Part shown: piece by piece, positions 12,939-24,668 of the stretch | Numbering within the stretch: position 1 is the first letter of the stretch | Layout of the letters: the number at the start of each line of letters is the position of its first letter | Assembly (NCBI RefSeq): GCF_006345805.1 | Contig: NC_043017.1 | Coordinates: 3,534,001-3,598,000, forward strand | Direction of reading: 5' to 3' | From: Octopus sinensis | Lineage: Eukaryota | Length of the DNA stretch: 64,000 nt | Made by a program: the position numbers and the translations under genes | The notes under the pieces: model-generated | Database searches by the model: none | Told to the model about the DNA's origin: nothing | What the model saw: only the letters and a program-made list of their open reading frames with translations

Positions 12939-13906
12939 TATGTACACACACACACACACACACACACACAAATGTATGAAGTTGTTAAAAAATATATCTT
13001 TATCTAGTAAATTCAATCTAGTTCTTGACAAGTTGAAATACATATTTACTCGGTTGGCTGGTTCTTAAACAACAAGATCGGCTCATATTTTAATGTCTTT
13101 AGTAAAGTCTTGTCTCAGTTTACAAAAGAAAGACAGATTTATTATACAATACAAGTGTCATTTTAGCCGTTTAACAATGCACCGTATTTCTGACGTTCAT
13201 GTTATCCTAATTATTTCTCTATAGTATCATTTCTTGTGAAGTGTCATAATGCTTTATTACACTTCACTGAGATTGGCATTACATAATTCTACTGCATCTA
13301 TAAAAAATCAATTACGGACCAGATTTTATAAGCCTCTATTTTTTTCTTCCTTTTTTTTCGTTCTGTAATGTTTCTTATTTCATTCACTTGAAATTGAACT
13401 GATAATGGGTGTTTAAGTTGTTGAAATTAACCACGCTCATAAAATAACAGATTTAACAAAAAATAAATGTTTCTTTTTTTTTCTGTTATTAAATGCTTAA
13501 CATGAGTCTTTGATGATGTAATTGTTTCAATCTCAGGTCAGGTTTTTAAACTGGCATGACCATGTGTTAAGAAGTTTTCTTCCCAACCATATGGTTCCGG
13601 GTTCAGTCCCACTGCGTGGCACCTTGGACAAGTGTCTTCTACTAAAGCCTTGGGATGACCAAAGCTTTGTGTGTGAATATGGTAGATGGAAATTGAAAGA
13701 AGCCTATCATATATATATATATATCATCATCATCATCATCATCGTTTAACGTCCGTTTTTCGCGCTAGCATGGGTTGGACGGTTCGACCAGGGTCTGGGA
13801 AGCCAGGGGCTGCACCAGGCTCCGGTCTGATCTGGCAGTGTTTCTACAGCTGGATGACCTTCCTAACGCCAACCACTCCGTGAGTGTAGTCCACTCTGCG
13901 AGTGTA

Positions 13907-13950
<44 letters not shown>

Positions 13951-14088
13951 GTGTACATTTTTTAAACACAAGAGAAAACTACCTTTAACAGGTAATTTTT
14001 ACACGCTAGAAGAAGCAGTCAAAACAACCAAAACCACATTTAAGAGCAATTTTTGAAGGGTATGTAAAATAAAAACTCACTGTCTCTC

Positions 14089-14126
<38 letters not shown>

Positions 14127-16218
14127 TTCTTTCTATCACTCTCTCACTGACTCCCTCTTATCTTTCCCCACCTCACACTTATGGCAAACATTTTGGGTCA
14201 GAGGTAACTATAATTCTGGAATGATAGTCAACTGCTAATTAGAATAGTTTGAGACACAATGTCTACGAATTTGGGGGGCTGGAGGTGGTGTGAGACTGCC
14301 AACCATATTGTCTTGACTTTGTCTCACTTCATTCATTGTTTTGTGTCGTTTGTCATCGTAGATATGGCTCTTTCAGCTGATGTGTCTGTGTGTCCGTGTG
14401 TCCTTTAGCATATGCTGCTGTTCCCAGATTCTCTTTGGTGCTGCAAGAGAATGCAGTGTATTTGCTCTTGAATCAAACTCTGTATGAGGGCAAAGTCTCT
14501 AGTGATATAATCCTTTCTTCTGGAGGCACGGGGCCTCAAATTTGTCGGGGAGCGGACTAGTCAATTATATCGACTCCAGTGTTTGTTTCACTGATGCTTA
14601 ATTTATCGACCCCGGAAGGATGAAAGGCAAAGTCGACCTTGGCAGAATTTGAACTCAGAACATAGCGCCACATAAAAAAAAATACTGCTGAGCATTTCGT
14701 CCGGTGTGCTAACGATTCTGCCAGCTTTCTTTGGTGATATAACGATGACTTAATGATTTAAATATATAAATGGTTACTTTGTCAGTTACGACGACGAGGG
14801 TTCCAGTTGATCCGATCAATGGAACAGCCTGCTCATGAGATTAGCATGCAAGTGGCTGAACACTCCACAGACACATGTACTCTTAGTGTAATTCTCAGGG
14901 AGATTCAGCATGACACAAGCTGTGACAAGGCTGGTCCTTTGAAATACAGGTACTACTCATTTTTGTCACCTGAGTGGACTGGAGCAATGTGAAATAAAGT
15001 GTCTTGCTCAAGGGTATAGTGTGCTGGCAGGAATTGAACTCATGACCTCTGTGCTGCCAGGAATAATAGCATAAACTTGGTGAAACTCCTAAGGTGTTGG
15101 CTGACCTCAAGTGCTTTATGGAGTTTGTGGAGTTGGGGTGTGGGCTAGGTGTAGAGGATCTAGATATACTCTTAATTGCTTCTGTTGTCTTTTAATTTTG
15201 CAGCTGAAGAATTATAAGGGGTTTATATTTTATAAGATTTAGATCAAGGTTTTAATTTGTTATTAGTGTCATTTTTTTTTTTTTTGGAATTTAGTGGTTA
15301 CTGGATTCATTGAGTCAGGTATTAACTAGTTATTACATTCTGGTGGGTTAGTCATGCACACACACACACACCTCACATACATCTGTTGTTATGACACATG
15401 ACATAAGACCTGTGACGAGGGGCGAGACACTGTGAGGCATAAAATTGCAGCTTGGAAAATATGCAGTTTTTCTTTAATTTGAACATTTTTTTTCCCTTTA
15501 TATTCTTCTTCTTCTTATAAATATGTCTATATGAATGCATTTTTGATATTAATATCAACTTTTTTGTCAAGGGAACGTTTCATTTATTACTTTTTAACTG
15601 GCTGAGAAAATTTATGTGATAATCCTAAAAATTCGTTCTTGAGAAATGCATATTTCTTTCAACGAGACATATTTTTATGAGGGTGTTGTTATTTAACCCT
15701 AGGCTAGCCTTGATTTGGTAGATTGAAGATCAAAGATGTTCCAGTCTTAATAAATCTTATTTTCTAATTAGACATGTGTATTTAGGATTATAAGATCTTT
15801 TGTATCATTCATTGTTGTTTCAATTATTTAGCCCCATATAAGTTTAGCAGGGATTCCCAACCATTTTTTTATTTATGGTACCCTTTGACTGCTATTTTAT
15901 TGTGGTTGAGCCCTCCACCCGCCATAGCCATTCAATGTTTAAAATCTAGTTTTATAGAATCTTCGTTCAAAATTCCTAATTTGTTTTTCACACATTAACT
16001 TTTGTAGGCTGAACTATGGTAAAATGTTAGGCATAGGAGTGGCTGTGTGGCAAGTAGTTTGCTTACAAACCACATGGTTTCGGGTTCAGTTCCACTGCAT
16101 GGCACCTTGGGCAAGTATTTTCTACTATAGCGTCAGGCTGACCAAAGCCTTGTGAGTGGATTTGGTAAGCGAAAACTGAAAGAAGCTCATCCTATATATG
16201 TATATATGTATATATATA

Positions 16219-16269
<51 letters not shown>

Positions 16270-17602
16270 ATATATGTATGTGTGTGTATATGTTTCTGTG
16301 TCTGTGATTGTCCCTCCATCATCGCCTGACAGCTGATGCTGGTGTGTTTACATCTCAAAAGAGACTGATAGAATAAGTACTAGGCTTACAAAGAATAAGT
16401 CCTGGGGTCGATTTGCTTGACCATACTCACATACACTGAATCCATGTAAGGTAGCCTATGATCAAATCAGGCCTTTGGTCAGAGACCTGACATTTTAGCC
16501 ATGTCGATCCCATTTTTCTGTTTTTATTCAAGTGCTGTAGTTCTTTGATGCTGGCATTCCATGAAATATCTTTGCATTAGGACGACCCTCCACTTTCATT
16601 TCACCTCATAACTGTGTTGTCAATAACTCTGTATTGTCAATACCGTTTCATTCTGGCTTGTGTTTGTTTAACCCTTAACCATTCCACATTCTACTTCTCT
16701 CCACTTGTACCGAATTACTCACACACTCACTCACTTATTCAGCTTGATTACAGAACTGTCTGTCACTCCATCAAATAGGGAAATTAATTTTAGAAATATT
16801 TAAATTTATATTTATATTTAACACAGAATAAAAACAAACCTCACTCGCAATATCTTTCTTGTCTTGTAATCTTTTTGACACATTTATGTAAATAGAGTTG
16901 TGTAACATTTTCTTTCATTTTTGGTTGGGTTTTTTTTCCCCTTTTGTACTTTTTGTTTTTGGATATGTCAAAACATGTACAGACATTTCCTGGTGCCATC
17001 CAATGTCAACTGACTAAAAATCCTGGAGAAGACCATTTGTTTGAGTTGTTTTATCACAGAATGTTTACTCAAAGTGATGTTAGTTTGTTTATGTATCAGT
17101 TGGACTGTTTCTGTGAAATGGTTTGAGTCAGAGTCAGACTTGCAACGACAAAGTTTATTACTGATGCAGGCATGGCTGTGTGGTTAAAAACTTCGCTTTG
17201 CAACCATGTGGTCCTGGGTATGATCCCACTGCATGTAGAAAGTAAAAAAAAAAAAGTAAAGTTTCCTTAAGTCATACAGACTCATAAGGGCCAGTTTCCT
17301 GGTTACCATGGTGTATGTATTCCCCACCTCAACTGGACACCGGTCCATCACAGGATTACTCATTTTTGCCAGCTGAGTGAACTGGAGCAATGTGAAATGA
17401 AGTGTTTTGCTCAAGAACACAACGCAGTACCCAGTCCAGGAATCGAAACCACAATCTTACAATCATGAGTCCAACACCCTGACCACTAAGCCACATACCT
17501 CCACATCCCACTGCATGGCACCTGGGGCAAGTGTCTTTTACTATGACCTCAGGCTGACCAGTATCTTTTGAGTGGAATTTAGTAGATAGAAACTATCCAA
17601 GT

Positions 17603-17842
17603 TTGAAGGCGGTGAGCTGGCAGAATCGTTAGCACGCCGGGCGAAATACTTAACGGTATTTCGTCTGCCGTTACGTTCTGAGTTCAAATTCCGCCGAGGC
17701 CGACTTTGCCTTTCATCCTTTCAGGGTCGATTAAATAAGTACCAGTTACGCACTGGGGTCAATATAATCGACTTAATCCCTTTGTCTGTCCTTGTTTGCC
17801 CCCTCTGTGGTTAGCCCCTTGTGGGCAATAAAGAAATAAGAA
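17603..17842 (+). mobile_element. SINE family B (gagctggcagaatcgttagc...gagttcaaattcc...ccccttgtgggcaataaagaaat)
   Basis: tRNA-like head with B-box gagttcaaattcc. Other copies at ~2069-2300(-), 5360-5500(+), 7985-8170(+), 14560-14725(-), 20460-20665(-), 23818-24032(-), 25190-25420(-), 54430-54630(+), 61980-62207(-). Confidence 0.85.
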
Positions 17843-17865
17843 ACTGCAAGTTTGTAATATGCACC

Positions 17866-17900
<35 letters not shown>

Positions 17901-18409
17901 AAACATCATTGTCATCATTTAATGTCTGTATTCCATATTGGCATTTATTTGATGGTATGACAGGAACCAACAAGCCAGAGGAAAAGCTACTTGTGTCACA
18001 GATAGGCATGTAAATATTGTATAAATTTTACAATTCAAAAATTTATATTTTGTATATATAAGTATACCAGCCTGTGGGCACAATAAAATGGGCTTGTGGG
18101 AGCAATTGGAGCATACCAGGACAGATGACTGGTGCCTGGTGCAGCCTTTCAGCTTGACAGCTCCTGCCAAACTGGAAAACAGAAATTAAATGAATAATGT
18201 GTATCAGTAAATAATATGTATCATGAATATACTGAAAGTAGACCCCTTTCAGTCACAAATGACCATGGGATTGCACCTAGAAAGTTCTCCTCCAAGGCAC
18301 AAGTCTGGGTAAGGTTGTTTTGTGGAAGACCAGCAGTCACCCATACTTACCAGTCTCCTCTCTTTACGCCTCCGATGTTATCTAAGGAAAAGGACACAAA
18401 GGTCGATCA

Positions 18410-18660
18410 TCATCATTGTTCGACCGTGGTCGAGACAGTGGAATTTACTATGCTACGCCAGACTTCACCGTCCATCATAGCATTATGGAGGTCCTGTTGC
18501 TGGATGCCTGTATCCCTGGAGATTACATCAGGGTAGGAGAGCGTACGCCCTCTGGTATTGCGAGCAGATGGCTTCCAGAGGAGAAGAGCAGAAATTACCT
18601 CGTTTTCAGCTCTACAATGTCCAGCAAACTGGACTCTTCTACCTTTCACAAGAGATGATA
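18410..18660 (-). mobile_element. RTE-like LINE 3' ORF fragment
   Basis: Minus ORF MKGRRVQFAGHCRAENEVISALLLWKP...RGRTLSYPDVISRD...VWRSIV, typical of RTE-clade C-termini (R.AGH...RGR...WR); (ATG)n tail. Confidence 0.7.
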
Positions 18661-19813
18661 CAGTTTGTAGTTTCCCATATATTTGTACTTTGGTTGGATG
18701 ACGTGATGTTACAACTCATTTCTACAACTGAGTGAACTGGAGCAATGTGAAATAAAGTGTCTTGCTCAAGAAAACATCACACAGCCCAGTCTGAGAATCG
18801 AACTCACTACCTCATGATTGTGAGCCTGGTGCTCTAACCACTGAGCCATGTGCCTTCCATGAATATACTGTATCTGAATAAAAAGGGAATAGTTTAAGTT
18901 TTAATTTTGACTCTTATTAAATTGGAAAAAAGAAATTAAACAATTATGATGATAATGATGAGAGGCAGGGCACCTTGAATAATGTGTTATCACGAATATA
19001 CTATATCTCAAAAAAAAAGGGGAACTGTTTCAGTTGTAATTTTAACTCCTTTGATCAGGGCTGACCTGGAACTAAGCGACAAGTGCCACACATTTATGCT
19101 TACCATGAGAAGGCGACAAGAGGCCTGAAGGAAGTAGGCCCATATCAATGTATTCACATGGAGACAGTCTGACAGTGTTAACGAACTAGATTTAGAAACC
19201 TAACATATGAGACAAGCACACATGGACACACACACAAGTAATTGCAATGGTATACACGAATTTTCACACATTCTATATCATTATCTTGACTATAAATCAT
19301 ATTGCCAGGAAGGTAATCTATGTAAACGGATACTTCATTGTAAGTACACGCTTGTCCTTCAGACTTTTTTGGAGATCTGCGAAATCAGATTGGGGGGTGG
19401 AGTGAATTTAACTTCTATAATTGGTTTCGTGTGAAAATGTCAAATCAAGCAGAATGGAGTCGTGTCTTGTATTCAGAATGCTTAATAGTAGTAATAATTT
19501 CTTGCAAATAATGATTTCTGACATTGGCAGGCACAAGACGCACACATTTTGGTGGGAGGCTAACAGGCAGATGAACCAAACGCTGTTTTTAACTGGCACT
19601 TTATTTTGTTGGGCCCAGGAGAATGAAAGGGAAATCCAGCCGTTGCAAGATCTGTACATCATCGTTGAATGTCTGTTTTCCATGCTGGCTTGGGTTGGAC
19701 AGTTCGACAGGAGCTGGCAAGCCAGAGAGCTGCATCAGGCTCCTGTTGTCTGTTTTGCTACGGTTTTAATAGCTGGATGCTCTTCCTAACACCAACCGCT
19801 TTACAATATGCTC

Positions 19814-20219
19814 TTTTACTCTTTTACTTGTTTCAGTCATTTGACTGCGGCCATGCTGGAGCACCGCCTTTAGTCGAGCAACTCGACCCCGGGACTTATT
19901 CTTTTGTAAGCCCAGTACTTATTCTATCGGTCTCTTTTGCTGAACCGCTAAGTGACGGGGACATAAACACACCAGCATCGGTTGTCAAGCAATGCTAGGG
20001 GGACAAACACACTCACACAAACACACACACGCACATATATATATATACACATATATACGACGGGCTTCTTTCAGTTTCCGTCTACCAAATCCACTCACAA
20101 GGCTTTGGTCGGCCCGAGGCTATAGTAGAAGACACTTGCCCAGGTGCCACGCAGTGGGACTGAACCCGGAACCATGTGGTTGGTAAACAAGCTACTTACC
20201 ACACAGCCACTCCTGCGCC
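19814..20219 (-). mobile_element. SINE family A, full-length reverse copy
   Basis: Reverse complement of the family A sequence, including A/B boxes at the right end. Confidence 0.85.
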
Positions 20220-20673
20220 TATGCTGTGTATTTTTTATGTGGCATCAGCACCAGTGTTATATACATGGCACAAGCTTGGGTGCTTTAAATGTGGCACAAC
20301 CATGGGTGTTTTATACATTGCACAAGCATGGCACCAGTGCATGTGCTTTTTAAGTGGCACTAGCATGGGTGGGAAATCTAAAGAAGCATACTGTTCACTG
20401 CTTTGTCAATTCTGCCAATTTATTGCCTCTTGAATAAAGATATAATAATTGTTATTTCTTTATTGCCCACAAGGAGCTAGACATAGAGGGGCAAACAAAG
20501 GAATTAAGTCGATTACATTGACCCCAGTGCATAACTGGTACTTTGTTTTCGACCCCGAAAGGATGAAAGGAAAAGTCAACCTTGGCAGAATTTGAACTCG
20601 GAATGTAAGGACATGAAATGCTGCTAAGCATTTTGCCTAGCATGCTAACGATTCTGCAAGCTAACCATCTTAG

Positions 20674-20724
<51 letters not shown>

Positions 20725-22480
20725 TAAATAATAATAATAATAATAATCTTTTCTACTAAAGAAACATAGACCTGAAAATTTGGGGGAGGGGGCTGGTTGA
20801 TTACATCGACACCCCCCCAGTGCTCAACTGGTTCTTGTTTTATTGACCCTGAAAGGATGAGTGAACCTTGGCGGAATTTTAACTCAATACCTAAAGACAG
20901 AAGAAATGCCACTAAGGCTTTTTGCTTGGCGTAATAATTGTTTAAAATTTCGGCCAGCAATTTTAAGGGCAGAGGGCAAGTTAATTACATGAACCCCAGT
21001 ACTTAGCTGCTAATTATTTTAATCAACTGTGAAAGGACAAAAAGTAAAGGTGATGTCAGTGGTAATTGAACTCGGCACCGAAAGGACCAGGAGAAATGAA
21101 ATGCCGCTAAGCATTTCGTCCAAAGTGCTAACAGTGCTGCCAGCACTGTTATAAAAGCACATGTCACTCCCAAAAGGCTACGGTGTGTTAGTACTACCAG
21201 CTACATACTTACATAGGTTATATCTTTAGAATAATATAGTGTTGGCATTTAAAAGTTTTTTTGTTTTTTTTGTGACTATGGGAGATAGAGGGTGGTGGGA
21301 AAGGAAGCAAAGAAGGACTGAGTAGGAGGAAGGTGGGGGGGGAAATGGGGGTGAGTTTGAGTATCTGATGGGATTGCCATTTCTTCCCAGCCCAAATGTC
21401 AAATAAAATGGATTGGTTATGCAAACTTTATAGTTTGGTGGTGTTGCATAATAGACACACACAATTGCTCTCTCATGTGTGTGTGTATGTAGAAAGAGAG
21501 AGAGGTGGGGGGTTGGGGAAGGTTAAAGAGGATATTTGATAGAAAATAATAATCAAGCCTTTTATTTTATTTTTTTAATTTTTTTTTTATCCCTTGCAGG
21601 CAAAAGTGCTGAGAAAACAATAGACTGATGTGGGCATGGGTGGAGTGGGTGGGTGGGTGGGTTTTGGTGGAATTCACACTCATACATACAAATACTCACA
21701 CACACATGTATGATGGTAGTGATGATGATGAGGATAACCTTAATTAGTGATGGTGGTAATAGTAGTAGTAGTAGCAACAGTGAAGATAATGATGGTGATG
21801 ATGGCAGCGTGGTATTTGTGGTGGCACTAACACCACTGCTACTACTATTTCCATTACCCCCATCATCACTATACCCACGACCACCACTACTACCTCCTCT
21901 ACCACTGCCAAAACCTCTTCCACCACCACCACCACGACCGCCGCCACCACCACACACGCTACTCCTGCCATATATATATATATCATCATCATCATCATCA
22001 TCATCATTTAACGTCCGCTTTCCATGCTAGCATGGGTTGGACGGTTCAACTGGGGTCTGGGGAGCCCGAAGGCTGCACCAGGCCAGTCAGATCTGGCAGT
22101 GTTTCTACAGCTGGATGCCATATATATATATATATATATATTCCACACAACAGGCTTCCGCACAGTTTTGGTCTATCAAATTCACTCATAATAGAAGAAT
22201 CTTGCCTACGGTGCCACACAGTGAGACTGAACCCAAAATGACATGGTTGCAAGGCACACTTCTTAGTCACACAGCCATTGCTTCTGCCTGTGATGAGGCT
22301 ATAAAAGACATTCAGTCTATTGTTTTTGGTTTTGTCCTTCATCTGTGAGTAAGAGACGAAAACAGAGAGAGAGAGAGAGAATGGGAGCAAATAAAAACCT
22401 TTATTGTAAATTCTTTGTTCTATCACATTGGTCTATTGTAGTTGTACCGTGTTTCCAACCGGCATCTGTTGTGTAAATAT

Positions 22481-22501
22481 TAACCAATCAGAATGAGTCA
22501 C
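22481..22501 (+). promoter_or_regulatory. Adjacent CCAAT box (aaccaatca) and AP-1 site (tgagtca)
   Basis: Consensus motifs in a non-repetitive island ~0.9 kb upstream of GNL1 exon A; function unproven. Confidence 0.25.
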
Positions 22502-23284
22502 TAATAACCCTATTCAGCAGACGAGTGTCTAACATAAAAAAAACAAAAAAACAAAAACCCCATACTGTGAATGGATGGAAATCTCTCCTGAGAGGATAAC
22601 TTCCCCCCTGTGTCAATTCCTCCTCTGTCCCTTCAAACAGAGATCTATATTTGTTTTCATCAATCTCTATGGTAATATGGGAGCTACCTGGATAAATTAG
22701 TCACAATTTCATGAAAGAAAAGAATGAAAGAAAAGGATTTTTTTTCCCTGCAGCACAAAGCTAATAAATAGTCAACCCTTTTTTTCTGTTTTTTTTTTGT
22801 AATCTGTGTAATGCTTGTCTGGCCCATAAAGAGCACCATTTGAGTGTGATTGTTGTCAGTGTCGTCTCACTGGCGCTTGTGCCGATGGTATGTGAACAAA
22901 GCATTCGAGCAAGGTCGTTGCCAGTGCCGCTGGACCGACTCTTGTGCAGGTGGCACGTAAAAAACACCATTTTCGAGCGTGGCCGTTGCCAATACCACCA
23001 GACTGGCCCTAATGCCGGTGGCACTTTAAAAGCACCCACTACACTCTCGGAGTTGCCAACCACTCCGTGAGTGTAGTGGGTGCTTAGTGTATATATATAT
23101 ATATACATAAATATATATATATATATATATATATTAATGTATGCATTTCACTCCACGTGTATTACACATGCCACTAATAGTTTCACGTAGGTGTGTAATA
23201 CATGTGGTGTGAAACACATACATTAATATCAGACTATCATCAGACGGAGTACTCTTCTTGTTGACCTTATGTGTTGATCAATTT

Positions 23285-23325
<41 letters not shown>

Positions 23326-23386
23326 ATATATCGATATAGATATGCATGTATGTTTGTGTAAATTAGCTTTTATTTTCTCTTTGCAG

Positions 23387-23527
23387 AAATACCTTGATAA
23401 CATTCATTCCCAGTACAGTCCTAAAGAACTCAGTTATTTTGAACTGAATCTGGAGACATGGCGACAACTGTGGAGAGTATTGGAAATGTCGGATATAATA
23501 CTCCTCATCATAGACATAAGACATCCT
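23387..23527 (+). CDS. GNL1: GNL1 exon A (141 nt): KYLDNIHSQYSPKELSYFELNLETWRQLWRVLEMSDIILLIIDIRHP
   Basis: Acceptor ttttctctttgcag, donor gtaagt, phase 0-0; hallmark ETWRQLWRVLEMSD motif. Confidence 0.96.
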
Positions 23528-24616
23528 GTAAGTATAGCGCTGTTTGTTTTGTTGTTGTTTAGCCCCGGGCCGGCTGTAACACATCTGTCCTATGGCCAGA
23601 GACAGAGCCATCTCAACCCTTTAGCATTTGGATTGCTCTGTTGAATGTCTGATTTATTCATCTTACTTTTAGTTAATCTTGCATAATCTTGTAGAAACAG
23701 TCAATTATATCAACCCTGGAATGATGAGGGGCAAAGGTGACACTACAAAAATTTGAACTCCAAATGTAAAGAGCTGTAATGAAAGCAATTTTTATCTAAT
23801 GCTCTTGCTATTATTATTTCTTTATTACCCACAAGGGGCTAAACATAGAGGGGGACAAACAAGGACAGACAAAGAGATTAAGTCGATTACATCGACCTCC
23901 AGTGTGTAACTGGTACTTAATTTATCGACCCAGAAAGAATGAAAGGCAAAGTCGACCTCGGCGGAATTTTAACTCAGCAGATGAAATACCGCAAAGCATT
24001 TCGCCTGGTGTGCTAACGTTTCTGCCAGCTTGCCTCCTTCTTCTCATAAGGTGCCTTTCGTGGAAGCTTTTGCCTGCTTCTTAGGACCGACTGACCCATT
24101 TTCGAGTGGAGCTTAGGTGTTTCGCTCATAAACACTCACATCGCCCGGTCTGAGATTCAACCCCGCGATCCCTCGACCAAGAGTCCGCTGCTCTAACCAC
24201 TAGGCCACATACCTCCATTTTTTTTATTTTGCCCAGCGTGCTAACGAGTCTTCCAGCTTGCCACTTTACTATTCTGCCAATGTAGTACCCCACAGTAAAA
24301 ATAAGCCACCAATTATGTCTCCATTTCTCTCTCTGTCCATCCCTCTGTTGTACCCATAAAAAGGCAATTAGCTGCTATGGTACTTTCACTATGTGTGAAT
24401 TTCATGGAAAGACTGAAGATTATTCATTTAGCTGAATACCAAGTAACAGTGGACAATTTTTAATTGCTCGTTTATAAATTGTATATCATTATACATATCT
24501 TTGTGTGTACATTTTATTATTCATTAAATGATAAAGTGGAACATTATTTTATCCAGCTTTTCCCTTTCAGTATTGTTTTCCCTATGTAATTAACTGTAAA
24601 ACTGAATTTTATGAGG

Positions 24617-24668
<52 letters not shown>

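Noticed and set aside
19104-19124. 21-nt minus-strand exon-like segment (cttccttcag|...ATG|gtaagc)
   Set aside because: Isolated, with no partner minus-strand exons found; expected by chance in 64 kb.
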